From: Patescibacteria group bacterium
GTDB lineage: Bacteria > Patescibacteriota > Patescibacteriia > UBA2591 > UBA4787
Reading direction: 5' to 3'
DNA: 64,000 bases
NCBI GenBank assembly: GCA_028715115.1
Contig: JAQUSN010000002.1
Span: 68,944-132,943, forward strand
Below the pieces are notes generated by a model, which did no database searches, was not told the DNA's origin, and saw nothing but the letters and a program-made list of their open reading frames with translations. Position numbers and translations under genes: made by a program. Positions 45,226 to 54,891 of this stretch are shown piece by piece. How positions within the stretch are numbered: the first letter of the stretch is position 1; each line of letters begins with the position of its first letter.

Positions 45226-46506
45226 ATGAATAAAAGAATACTATTGATAGTTTTGTTTTTTGTGGCGGTTATAGCCATAGCTTTGGTTTTGTATTTTTTT
45301 ATTTTTAGGACCAATATTTCCGCGCCGCCGATTAATGAGGCGCAAAACTTAATCAACGAGCAAACCGGCAAATTGCCAGTAAGTCGTGAACAATGGGAGG
45401 GCATGACTATAAATGAGCGGGCTAGCGCCAATTTACCTTTATACGAATGGCAGGAAGCGGCGCCTGCTCAATCTTCAGAAGCACAGCCGGTAGTTTTGCA
45501 AGTCTCTGAGATAGCCAACGGCGGTAAAACCATTATTAATCCTGTTTCCAATGATTCGGCGCAAAGTGCCACATTGTCTTTCGATGGACAAAATAGCTTA
45601 TTCTATAACTCAACTGATGGTAAATTCTATCAGGTAGATAAGAACGGCATTAAAACGTCTTTAAGCAATCAAGTTTTTCATAATGTCAGTAATGTTAATT
45701 GGGCGCCAAATAAGGACAGAGCGATTATCGAATATCCCGATGGCTTTAAAATAATGTATGATTTTAAAAATCAGAAACAATACACCCTGCCGAACAATTG
45801 GGAAGACTTTTCTTGGGATTCTCGCGGGAATCAAATTGTTTTCAAGGCTACTTCGCAATATTCACAAAATAATTGGTTAGCCGTAGCTAATTCCGATGGA
45901 ACCGGGGCGAGGGCCATAGAAAATATGGGTGATAACGGCGATAAGGTTACCGTCTCCTGGTCGCCCAATAATCAAGTCGTTGCTTTTTCGGCTACTGGTC
46001 AAGCGCAATCAGCTTGGCAGCAAGAGGTTTTATTAATCGGCCAAAATGGAGAAAATTTTAAATCTTTGATTATCGATGGCCGTGGTTTTGAAACTCAATG
46101 GAATCCGCGAGGCGATAGCATAGCTTATAGTGTTTATAGTGCCGACAGCGGCTATAAACCAACATTATATTTAGTAAAAGCGCAGGGAGATGAAATCGGT
46201 AACGATAAAATTAACACAGGCCTTAACACCTGGTCTCATAAATGCGCTTATAATTCTAGCGGCAGTTATCTTTTTTGCGCCGTTCCTAAAAGTTTACCAG
46301 AGGGGTCGGGGATGATGAGCGAGTTAGCTACTAATCTGCAAGATAATTTTTATAAAATTAACGCCATTACCGGCGAAAAGACATTTTTAGCCGAAGGAGC
46401 AATGGGTGGTTATGATGTTTCCCAGCTATTTATTTCGGGAGACGATGGTACGTTATATTTTATTGATAAAAATTCAGGAATATTAAGATACATAAAATTA
46501 AGATAG
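45226..46506 (+). CDS. membrane-anchored TolB-like beta-propeller protein
   Basis: N-terminal TM; repeated WAP/WDS/WSP/WNP + IAF/IVF/IAY blades. Confidence 0.75.
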   Translation: MNKRILLIVLFFVAVIAIALVLYFFIFRTNISAPPINEAQNLINEQTGKLPVSREQWEGMTINERASANLPLYEWQEAAPAQSSEAQPVVLQVSEIANGGKTIINPVSNDSAQSATLSFDGQNSLFYNSTDGKFYQVDKNGIKTSLSNQVFHNVSNVNWAPNKDRAIIEYPDGFKIMYDFKNQKQYTLPNNWEDFSWDSRGNQIVFKATSQYSQNNWLAVANSDGTGARAIENMGDNGDKVTVSWSPNNQVVAFSATGQAQSAWQQEVLLIGQNGENFKSLIIDGRGFETQWNPRGDSIAYSVYSADSGYKPTLYLVKAQGDEIGNDKINTGLNTWSHKCAYNSSGSYLFCAVPKSLPEGSGMMSELATNLQDNFYKINAITGEKTFLAEGAMGGYDVSQLFISGDDGTLYFIDKNSGILRYIKLR

Positions 46507-46509
46507 ATT

Positions 46510-47823
46510 GTGATCAATTTTTTCTTAAAAAATAGATTTTTTAGAACTTCCAAGCTCGGTTATCTCTTGGTGGTTTTTGTCTTAATGGGTTTTTTGTTTT
46601 TTTTATTTCAAAACGTGCTGGCTATTAGCTGTTGCTATGGTTCTAATATCGAGCCAAGGTGCAAAGATATTACTACTGGATTTTGTCCACTGCCATATAC
46701 CATGCAGGCGAAAGATACTACTTGCGCTAATTGTACTGATTGTTTTTGCCAGGGCAGCTTCGCGCCAGCCGATGCTACTGATCCTGTGCCAACAAAAAAT
46801 ACAGAACAAAAAACTCCAGATATTATCCCTACTCTTCAAGTTCAAATTCCCGGTTTTTCTGGATTTTCCAAAGATATCCAAGTTTGTTTAGAGGAGGGCA
46901 AGACTTTAGACGAGTGTCAAAAGGGCAAAACAGGCTATTCAATTCCATGGATAGGGGAATATTTAATCGCTGTTTATAAATGGGCGGTTAGAGCTATCGC
47001 TATTTTGGCCGTGATAATTATTATGTGGGGCGGGTTGCAGTGGATATTAGCTCGTGGCAATTCCTCGGCCATTACGGAAGCTAAATCAAAAATAAGTTCA
47101 GCTTTGATCGGCATAGTAATTATCGTTGGTATGAATGTTTTTTTGTCGGCTATTAACCCCAATTTAACAATCTTAAAACCTATTACCCTGGGCAAGATTG
47201 AACCAATAATTATCACTCCATTAGATTCAGACAAAGAAGAGGGCGGTATTAGTGGTCCTAATGCCGGTACCAGCATAGATATGGGGGGCAATTGTTTTCC
47301 TGTTAGTGCGGATAGCATCAAACAAACCCAATGGAATTTTGGTAATAGCCGTAGTAGCGGCAAACGTTGTCATGCTGGCATTGATATTTTAACCAATTGG
47401 CGGTCGGGTAATGATAGTGTAGTGGCTATAGGGGACGGTCGCGTTTTGGCTGTTTACGGTTTTTATACTTGTAGTACCGAAACCGGTAAGGGTGGACACG
47501 TTAGTGCAATTTTTATTGATCACAAAAAATTAAATTATACAGTTTTATATGGTGAAGTAGATGATGATAGTATTCTGGTAAAAAATGGAGATGAAGTGAG
47601 GGCTGGTCAACTTTTAGGCCAAGCAAGCCGTTGTGGGATGTTACACCTTGAAATGTATGAAGCCGGTGCCAGAGGAAATAAAACATGGTATCCTCCAAAT
47701 GGACAAAGAGTTGAGAATCAACCTAATTATTGCCAACAAAATTTTTTAAATACAAAGCCGTCAACATTATTGGACCCAACGGCCACTTTAAAATATTTAG
47801 ATGGCAAAAGATGTAGTATTTAA
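46510..47823 (+). CDS. T4SS-pilin domain fused to an M23 peptidase
   Basis: Pilin helix pair ending INPNL; HAGIDI, V.AIGDG.V, YGE, V..GD.V.AGQ.LG, LHLE. Confidence 0.8.
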   Translation: MINFFLKNRFFRTSKLGYLLVVFVLMGFLFFLFQNVLAISCCYGSNIEPRCKDITTGFCPLPYTMQAKDTTCANCTDCFCQGSFAPADATDPVPTKNTEQKTPDIIPTLQVQIPGFSGFSKDIQVCLEEGKTLDECQKGKTGYSIPWIGEYLIAVYKWAVRAIAILAVIIIMWGGLQWILARGNSSAITEAKSKISSALIGIVIIVGMNVFLSAINPNLTILKPITLGKIEPIIITPLDSDKEEGGISGPNAGTSIDMGGNCFPVSADSIKQTQWNFGNSRSSGKRCHAGIDILTNWRSGNDSVVAIGDGRVLAVYGFYTCSTETGKGGHVSAIFIDHKKLNYTVLYGEVDDDSILVKNGDEVRAGQLLGQASRCGMLHLEMYEAGARGNKTWYPPNGQRVENQPNYCQQNFLNTKPSTLLDPTATLKYLDGKRCSI

Positions 47824-47827
47824 AATT

Positions 47828-49174
47828 ATGGCCTCTAATAAATTAAAAATAATATTTAATTGTTCGAAGTGCGACGCTCAATTTCCTAAATGGTTTGGTC
47901 AGTGTCCGGAGTGTGGTTCGTGGGGAACATTGCAAGAGATGGTTGAAAAACAAACGAGAGCTAAAAGTTTAAACGTCTCAGCTGGCGATGTTATTGATTT
48001 CGAAGAAGTGAAAGGCAGGGAGTTTCCTCGTACCAAAACTGGGCTAGAAGAATTAGATCGTGTTTTAGGTGGTGGCATAGTGCCGGGCTCCTTGATTTTA
48101 CTGGGCGGTGAGCCTGGTATTGGTAAATCGACTCTAGTTCTGCAATTAGCCGCTAAATTAGCTAATAATTCAATTTTATATATTTCTGGAGAAGAGTCGG
48201 CCGAACAAATTAAGATGCGATTGGATCGTCTTAAGTTGCCGACGACGAATTTAAAATTTTTAGGCGAAACCGATATAGAAGTAATTTGCGCTACTATCGA
48301 AAAAGTAAAACCATCTTTGGCGATCATAGATTCAATTCAAACAATTTGGTTTTCTAATCTTCCTTCTGAGGCTGGCAACGTTAACCAAATTAAGGCTTGC
48401 ACGGCAAAATTATTGGAAACTGCCAAAAAAAATAATGTACCTACGGTTATTATTGGTCACGTTACTAAAGAAGGGTTTGTCGCTGGACCAAAAACGCTAG
48501 AACATCTAGTTGATACAGTTCTTTATCTTGAAGGAGACCAATTTCACAACTTTAGACTATTACGCGCGGTAAAAAATCGTTTTGGCGCAACCAATGAAGT
48601 GGGTGTTTTTGATATGCGCGAAGGGGGATTAATAGAAGTTAAAAATCCTTCGGAAATATTTTTAGCTTCGCGAGACAAAGATTTGCCCGGAGTAGTAGTC
48701 GGCGCTATTGTTGAAGGTACGAGATCTTTTTTGGTTGAAGTTCAGGCCCTGGTAACTCAAACGCATTTTGGCTATCCCCAGCGCCGATCTATCGGCTTTG
48801 ACAATAATCGGTTGCAATTAATTACTGCTATTTTATCGCGCCGTTGCGGGATAAATTTAGGTAATTATGATGTTCATATTAATATTGCTGGCGGCATTGA
48901 TATCCGCGAGCCAGCCGTAGACCTACCGGTTTGTTTGTCGATTATTTCGGCTTTTAAAAATAAACCATTTGACCCGAAGATAGCGGCGTGTGGCGAGGTA
49001 GGCTTAGGAGCAGAAGTGCGACCAATAAATAGTATTGAAAAAAGAATCAAAGAAGCGGAGAGATTGGGTTTTAATAAAATATTAGTACCCAGGTCAGATC
49101 TTAAATCAATTAATCGTAAAATAGAGATAATTCAAATTAAAAATTTAAATGACGCAATGAAGTTATGGCTGTAA
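47828..49174 (+). CDS. radA: DNA repair protein RadA/Sms
   Basis: C4 zinc finger, GEPGIGKSTL, IDSIQT, KNRFG. Confidence 0.97.
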   Translation: MASNKLKIIFNCSKCDAQFPKWFGQCPECGSWGTLQEMVEKQTRAKSLNVSAGDVIDFEEVKGREFPRTKTGLEELDRVLGGGIVPGSLILLGGEPGIGKSTLVLQLAAKLANNSILYISGEESAEQIKMRLDRLKLPTTNLKFLGETDIEVICATIEKVKPSLAIIDSIQTIWFSNLPSEAGNVNQIKACTAKLLETAKKNNVPTVIIGHVTKEGFVAGPKTLEHLVDTVLYLEGDQFHNFRLLRAVKNRFGATNEVGVFDMREGGLIEVKNPSEIFLASRDKDLPGVVVGAIVEGTRSFLVEVQALVTQTHFGYPQRRSIGFDNNRLQLITAILSRRCGINLGNYDVHINIAGGIDIREPAVDLPVCLSIISAFKNKPFDPKIAACGEVGLGAEVRPINSIEKRIKEAERLGFNKILVPRSDLKSINRKIEIIQIKNLNDAMKLWL

Positions 49175-49965
49175 GGAACAAAAAAACATTAAGCATAATT
49201 TTAATTATTGTTTTTCTATTTTTTTTACTCAAAATAGGAGCCTTTAATTTTATAGCTGATTGGTTTAATCCTTCCCTTAGAGCAGCAACTAATGGAGGCG
49301 TAAAAACAGGTTCTTTCTTAAATAATTTAGAAAAAAATAATTTATTATCTGAATTGGACAATCTTAAGAATCAAAACACTGAGCTGCAAAAAGAGGTTGT
49401 TTCTTTGCGCGCCGAATTGGTTCAGTTTGATTTATTATCACGGCAAGTTGGGTTTATTGATCAACAAAAATATCATTATGTTCTGTCCAATGTTATCGGT
49501 CAAAACACAGAAGTCGGTATTAATTATTATATAGTCGACAGGGGAAGAGACGATAGAATCAGAGAGGGCGCAGCGGTTATTGTTAATGACGGATATTTGG
49601 TGGGCAAAATTGCCAAGGTCGATAAAAATTATGCTTATTTTTTACCGATTTACGATAATCATTTTTTAACCAGTGTTGATTTTTTAACCAAAGATCCCAA
49701 GGCCGGAGTAATTTCCGGTTTAGCCAAGGGCAAGCATGGCTTGAATATGCAAATAGACTTTGTGCCTTTGGATAAGAATATTAATAATGGTGACTATATT
49801 ATCACCTCTGGCGTAGAAAAAGATATACCGCGAGGATTGATCGTCGGGCAGGTTGAAACGGTAGAAAGAAAGAATGAATCCGCATTTCAAAACATAATAA
49901 CCAAACCCCTTGTTTCCCTGGGAGATTTAAGAATAGTGAGTATAGAGGTTAACGATAATTTATAA
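49165..49965 (+). CDS. mreC: rod shape-determining protein MreC
   Basis: TM + coiled coil, DRG..D.I..G..V...G.LVG, ITSG....PRGL.VG. Confidence 0.88.
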   Translation: MAVRNKKTLSIILIIVFLFFLLKIGAFNFIADWFNPSLRAATNGGVKTGSFLNNLEKNNLLSELDNLKNQNTELQKEVVSLRAELVQFDLLSRQVGFIDQQKYHYVLSNVIGQNTEVGINYYIVDRGRDDRIREGAAVIVNDGYLVGKIAKVDKNYAYFLPIYDNHFLTSVDFLTKDPKAGVISGLAKGKHGLNMQIDFVPLDKNINNGDYIITSGVEKDIPRGLIVGQVETVERKNESAFQNIITKPLVSLGDLRIVSIEVNDNL

Positions 49966-49969
49966 TCAT

Positions 49970-50470
49970 ATGAGATACTTTTTATTTGACCTTTTATTGA
50001 TTTTTTTTATTTTTGCCCAAATAAGCTTTATGCCTCATTTAGGAGTTTTGAGATATTTAAATCTGCCACTTTGTTTTTTAATGGTTTATTTTTTTTGCCG
50101 TAGAAAATTTTTACTAATTTATTTTTTATTAACTGCTATTGTTTTAGATCTATATTCCATTTTTCCACGAGGAATATATTTTGTTATTTTCATTTTAATA
50201 TTTTTACTGCTTAATTGGCTTCAAAAACGCTTTATCGACATTTCGTCAGGCATGAACCTGTTGATTACTATTACGGTCCTATTTGCCTATCAGCTATTTC
50301 TTACCTTTTTGGTTATATTGATTCATTATTTTAGAATATTTTCTTGGCCAGTTATTTTCGATAGGATATATTTTAGAGAAATAATTTTATTTATTTTATT
50401 AAATACGGTTTTAATTTTTATAGTTAATCAATTATGTTCGATCCTTTTAAAGTCGAAACGATTGACTTGA
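49970..50470 (+). CDS. mreD: MreD-like membrane protein
   Basis: Hydrophobic 166-aa ORF between mreC and mrdA; Q.SF, LD.YS. Confidence 0.6.
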   Translation: MRYFLFDLLLIFFIFAQISFMPHLGVLRYLNLPLCFLMVYFFCRRKFLLIYFLLTAIVLDLYSIFPRGIYFVIFILIFLLLNWLQKRFIDISSGMNLLITITVLFAYQLFLTFLVILIHYFRIFSWPVIFDRIYFREIILFILLNTVLIFIVNQLCSILLKSKRLT

Positions 50471-52347
50471 GAGCAAGAGAATCGCACATGCACAGTGGTT
50501 CTCGACGCACTTGGGCAGGTGAGGATGGTATTTTTAATGTTGCTGGCGGAGAGCTTCTGATATCACCCGTTAATTCTAAGAAAATCATTGTTTTATATAT
50601 TTTTATAGGCCTTATTTTTTGTTTATTTCTGGGCCGAATTTTTTATTGGCAAGTTTTAGAGGGTAGTCATCGCTCGCTAATTTCTCGCGGTCAGAGCTCA
50701 AGAGTTGAGGTTTTAAAATCCAAACGGGGTTTATTTTATGATCGTAATTTAAATCCATTAGTAAAAAATGCGCCAATTTTTTCTTTGAATGTCGTTCCGG
50801 CAAAATTTGATCGCAAAAATAGCAATGAAACAATTAGTGCTATAGAGCAATTTTTATCTGAAGATCAAAAAAAAGAACTACAAGACAATCTTTCGCAGCT
50901 GCCTATTTATGCTAATGAGTCCATCTTACTTTTAAAGGAGCTAAACTACGATCAAGCCATTTTAATCCAAACGATTTTATCTTCTAATAAGGGAATAGAT
51001 GTTGAATTGCAAGACCAGCGGGTTTATGCTGATTCTTTGGCGTTTTCTCATGTTTTAGGTTACGTAGGAAAGGTTTCTAGAGATGAACTAGCGCAACACC
51101 GTGATTATTTATTTAATGATCTGATAGGCAAGAGCGGTCTAGAAAGTTATTATGAAAGTTACTTAAGAGGGCAATATGGCCAGCAGCGTATTGATATTTT
51201 ACCAACTGGCGAAGAAGAAATATCTTATAATAAACCAGCGATAAATGGAGATAATTTAGTTTTATCAATCGATGGCGATTTACAAAAAAAGTTATTTGAA
51301 TCCTTGGCTGCGCATATTAGAGCTAATGGTAATCGAGGCGGTTCTGCCGTAGCCTTGAATCCAAATACCGGAGAGGTTTTGGCGTTAGTATCTTATCCTT
51401 CATTTAATAGCACCTCTTTGGGTAAAGGGATAAGCATTAACGAATATAATAATATATATCAAAATTCTCATAAGCCATTGTTTTTTAGGACCATTACTGG
51501 CGAATATCCTTCTGGTTCTGTGATTAAGCCGGTTGTTGCCATTGGGGCCCTGGAAGAAAAGATTATTACGCCAATAACAACAGTACTTAGCACCGGAGGA
51601 ATTAGTTTGGGGGGTTGGTTTTTCCCCGACTGGAAGGCCGGTGGACATGGTATATCCAACGTCACTAAGGCCTTAGCTGAATCTGTAAATACTTTTTTCT
51701 ATTACGTTGGCGGTGGTTATAATAATTTCAAAGGTTTGGGGGTAGACGGACTAGATTTTTGGATGAAAAGGTTCGGTTTGGGCAATTTAACCGGCATTGA
51801 CGTAGCCGGTGAGAAATCCGGTTTTGTACCGACTCAACGATGGAAAGAAGAACAGCGTAACGAGCCATGGTATCCGGGCGACACTTATCATTTATCAATT
51901 GGCCAGGGAGACTTGCTGGTAACGCCACTTCAGGTTGCTAATTATACGGCTGCTATTGCCAATGATGGCACTTTATACAAACCATACCTCTTAAAAGAAA
52001 TTATTGATGATGGCAATAAAACTATTTTAAAGATATCACCTAAAATTTTAGCCAATAGGTTAGCTAGTCATGAAAATTTAAGCGTGGTTCGTGATGGCAT
52101 GCGTGCGGCAGTTACCGAAGGAAGCGCCCGCAGTTTATCGACTTTGCCAATTGAGGTGGCGGCTAAAACCGGCACGGCGCAAAATGAAGCCGGTGCTCCT
52201 CATGCCTGGTTTACTTGTTTTGCGCCATATCAAAATCCGCAGATTGTCATAACTGTTTTAGTTGAGAATGGTGTAGAGGGCGGTACGGCCGCGGCGCCAG
52301 TTGCCAAAGATGTTTTGAATTGGTGGGCGGAAAATAGAAATAAATAA
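50434..52347 (+). CDS. mrdA: penicillin-binding protein 2
   Basis: RG..YDRN, GKSGLE..Y, PSGSVIK (SxxK), SVN (SxN), KTGTAQ. Confidence 0.93.
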   Translation: MFDPFKVETIDLRARESHMHSGSRRTWAGEDGIFNVAGGELLISPVNSKKIIVLYIFIGLIFCLFLGRIFYWQVLEGSHRSLISRGQSSRVEVLKSKRGLFYDRNLNPLVKNAPIFSLNVVPAKFDRKNSNETISAIEQFLSEDQKKELQDNLSQLPIYANESILLLKELNYDQAILIQTILSSNKGIDVELQDQRVYADSLAFSHVLGYVGKVSRDELAQHRDYLFNDLIGKSGLESYYESYLRGQYGQQRIDILPTGEEEISYNKPAINGDNLVLSIDGDLQKKLFESLAAHIRANGNRGGSAVALNPNTGEVLALVSYPSFNSTSLGKGISINEYNNIYQNSHKPLFFRTITGEYPSGSVIKPVVAIGALEEKIITPITTVLSTGGISLGGWFFPDWKAGGHGISNVTKALAESVNTFFYYVGGGYNNFKGLGVDGLDFWMKRFGLGNLTGIDVAGEKSGFVPTQRWKEEQRNEPWYPGDTYHLSIGQGDLLVTPLQVANYTAAIANDGTLYKPYLLKEIIDDGNKTILKISPKILANRLASHENLSVVRDGMRAAVTEGSARSLSTLPIEVAAKTGTAQNEAGAPHAWFTCFAPYQNPQIVITVLVENGVEGGTAAAPVAKDVLNWWAENRNK

Positions 52348-52353
52348 ATCGAG

Positions 52354-52362
52354 TTATCCACA
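52354..52362 (+). promoter_or_regulatory. DnaA box
   Basis: TTATCCACA in the intergenic region upstream of gyrB. Confidence 0.5.
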
Positions 52363-52535
52363 AAGGCTAAAACATGATTTAATAAATTTTTCACTCTTGA
52401 AAGCCGCGATTTTCTTAAACAATAGGACACAAAATTTTATAAATGCAAAATAATTAAATTTTAACGAAAAAGCCGCCAATTTTTGATTTTTGGGGCTTGT
52501 TTTTTATCAATTTTTATAGTATACTTATCATATCT

Positions 52536-54632
52536 ATGAAGAAGCAAATAACTAAAAAAATCAATGAAATCAAAGAAAGTAAGCCGACCGGCGATTTAGT
52601 CAAAGACAAAGACAAGAAAGCGGCCAGCCAGGAATATAGCGCTAGCCAAATTACGGTTCTTGACGGATTGGAGCCGGTTAGGAGGCGGCCGGCCATGTAC
52701 ATTGGTTCGGTTGGGCCAGACGGTTTACATCATTTGATTTGGGAAGTTGTTGATAATTCAATCGATGAAGCGATCGGAGGATTTTGTAATAAAATTATTA
52801 TTGAATTATTACCGGATAATTTAATCAGAGTTACTGATAATGGTCGAGGTATTCCTGTTGATATGCACAAGCAAGTCGGTAAATCTGCTCTTGAAGTTGT
52901 TTTAACTAAATTGCATGCCGGCGGTAAATTTAGCCATGATGCTTATAAAGTTTCTGGCGGTTTGCATGGCGTTGGCGTGTCAGTGGTAAACGCCTTGTCA
53001 ATTTATTTAAAAGCAGAGGTTCGCCGCGACGGTGGTTTATGGATGCAAGAATATAAAAAGGGTCAGCCCGTATCAAAAGCTAAACAAGTCGGGAAATCAT
53101 CAGAAAGGGGTACGACCATCACCTTCCAGGCTGATCCGGAAATTTTCCCTAAAATAGAATATAATTGGAATACTATTTTAAATCATTTACGCCAGCAGGC
53201 TTATCTAACTAAGGGCGTAAGAATAATTGTTGTTGATTCTCGCAAGGCCAGTGACATTACTAAACATCAATTTTATTTCGAGGGAGGCATTATTGCTTAT
53301 GTGCAGCATTTGAATCGTACAAATAAAATTAGAAATCAAAATATTTTTTATGTGAACAAAGAATCCGAGGGTATAATAGTTGAAACCGCCTTTCAATATA
53401 TCGACGACTTTATAGAAACGGCTTATAGTTTCGCTAATAATATTTATACGCCCGAAGGCGGAACGCATATATTGGGTTTTCGTACGGCCTTGACCCGCAT
53501 TTTAAATACTTATGGCCGCGCTCATAATTTATTAAAAGAGAAAGACGATAATTTAACCGGTGAAGATACGCGTGAAGGCCTAACAGCCGTGGTCAGCATT
53601 AAGATCCGTGATCCGCAATTCGAAGGTCAAACCAAGGCCAAACTTGGCAATACTGAAGCTAGGCCAGTGGTAGAAACGGTGGTTGGCGAAGCTTTAACCA
53701 CGTTTTTAGAGGAACATCCCCGCGACGCCGAAGATATGATTGCTAAATGTGTTTTGGCAGCTCGGGCCCGGCAAGCGGCTAAAAGCGCTCGCGATGCAGT
53801 ACTGCGCAAAAGCGCTCTAGAAGGGTTTACCTTGCCCGGGAAATTAGCTGATTGTTCTTCTCGCGAGGCTGAAAAATGCGAATTATTTATTGTTGAGGGT
53901 GATTCGGCCGGTGGCAGCTGTAAAATGGGTCGCGATCGTCAGTTTCAGGCTATTTTGCCGCTGAGAGGTAAGGTTTTAAACGTCGAGCGGGCCCGTTTAG
54001 ATAAAATTTTAGCTAATCAAGAATTAAAATCACTAATTATTGCCTTGGGCACTAATATCGGCGAGCAGTTTGATATAACAAAGTTGCGTTATCATAAAAT
54101 TATTATTATGTCTGATGCTGACGTCGATGGTATGCATATCAGAACTTTACTTTTGACTTTTTTCTATCGTTATATGCCGCAGCTTATTGAAAATAATTAT
54201 TTATATATTGCTCAGCCGCCGTTATATAGAATTAATTATAATCGTGAAATAAAATATTTTTATTCTGACGAAGAAAAAGATAATTTTTTGGAAAGCGTTC
54301 CTAGTCATAAAAAATCAGTTGCAGCCACAAAAAAGATTGCCAAGGGTTTCGTTGTGCAGAAAATAGGCGAAACTACTCAGCCAGAGCAAGAAGAAAAGAA
54401 AGAAGTTGAGGCCGGCGTAAATATCCAGCGCTATAAAGGTTTGGGCGAGATGAATCCTGAAGAATTATTTACCACCACCATGGATTATAATAAAAGAACC
54501 CTAAAACAGGTGGCAATTGACGATATTTCTTTGGCTGACGAGGTTTTTGACATATTAATGGGCAAGGAGGTTGAGCCTCGCAAAAAGTTCATCCAAACTC
54601 ATGCCAAGACCGTCCAAAACCTTGACATTTAA
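52536..54632 (+). CDS. gyrB: DNA gyrase subunit B
   Basis: RPAMYIG, EVVDNSIDE, GGLHGVG, EGDSAGG, PLRGK, DADVDG, RYKGLGEMN. Confidence 0.95.
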   Translation: MKKQITKKINEIKESKPTGDLVKDKDKKAASQEYSASQITVLDGLEPVRRRPAMYIGSVGPDGLHHLIWEVVDNSIDEAIGGFCNKIIIELLPDNLIRVTDNGRGIPVDMHKQVGKSALEVVLTKLHAGGKFSHDAYKVSGGLHGVGVSVVNALSIYLKAEVRRDGGLWMQEYKKGQPVSKAKQVGKSSERGTTITFQADPEIFPKIEYNWNTILNHLRQQAYLTKGVRIIVVDSRKASDITKHQFYFEGGIIAYVQHLNRTNKIRNQNIFYVNKESEGIIVETAFQYIDDFIETAYSFANNIYTPEGGTHILGFRTALTRILNTYGRAHNLLKEKDDNLTGEDTREGLTAVVSIKIRDPQFEGQTKAKLGNTEARPVVETVVGEALTTFLEEHPRDAEDMIAKCVLAARARQAAKSARDAVLRKSALEGFTLPGKLADCSSREAEKCELFIVEGDSAGGSCKMGRDRQFQAILPLRGKVLNVERARLDKILANQELKSLIIALGTNIGEQFDITKLRYHKIIIMSDADVDGMHIRTLLLTFFYRYMPQLIENNYLYIAQPPLYRINYNREIKYFYSDEEKDNFLESVPSHKKSVAATKKIAKGFVVQKIGETTQPEQEEKKEVEAGVNIQRYKGLGEMNPEELFTTTMDYNKRTLKQVAIDDISLADEVFDILMGKEVEPRKKFIQTHAKTVQNLDI

Positions 54633-54649
54633 AATAGGTGTTTTATAAT
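54622..54649 (+). promoter_or_regulatory. sigma70 promoter of secE-nusG-rplKA
   Basis: TTGACA-N16-TATAAT, with the -35 inside the last gyrB codons. Confidence 0.7.
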
Positions 54650-54695
54650 ATTTAAACAACCCTGCGGGGGTTCTTTTAAAATAGTTTACTTCATT

Positions 54696-54878
54696 ATGAT
54701 CAATAAACTTGTGGAATACATAAAAAATTCCCGACTAGAATTACAAAAAGTAGTTTGGCCAACTCGCAAAGTATTAATCAAGCATACTTTGTCCGTGATT
54801 GCTTTTAGTTTGGTTATGGCTTTCTTCTTGGGAATTATTGATTTCGGCTTAACTAGAGTTGTTCAATTATTAATTTAA
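54696..54878 (+). CDS. secE: preprotein translocase SecE
   Basis: ELQKVVWPTR; directly upstream of nusG. Confidence 0.93.
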   Translation: MINKLVEYIKNSRLELQKVVWPTRKVLIKHTLSVIAFSLVMAFFLGIIDFGLTRVVQLLI

Positions 54879-54891
54879 TCGAATATAAATT

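Noticed and set aside
25439-47823. Integrative conjugative element or prophage
   Set aside because: No integrase, relaxase, att repeats or phage structural genes recognised; the genes are tightly joined to housekeeping neighbours
52348-52535. oriC upstream of gyrB
   Set aside because: Only one DnaA box, and no dnaA or dnaN nearby
54633-54695. tRNA gene upstream of secE
   Set aside because: The gap is only 63 bp, with a promoter and a tiny hairpin and no cloverleaf
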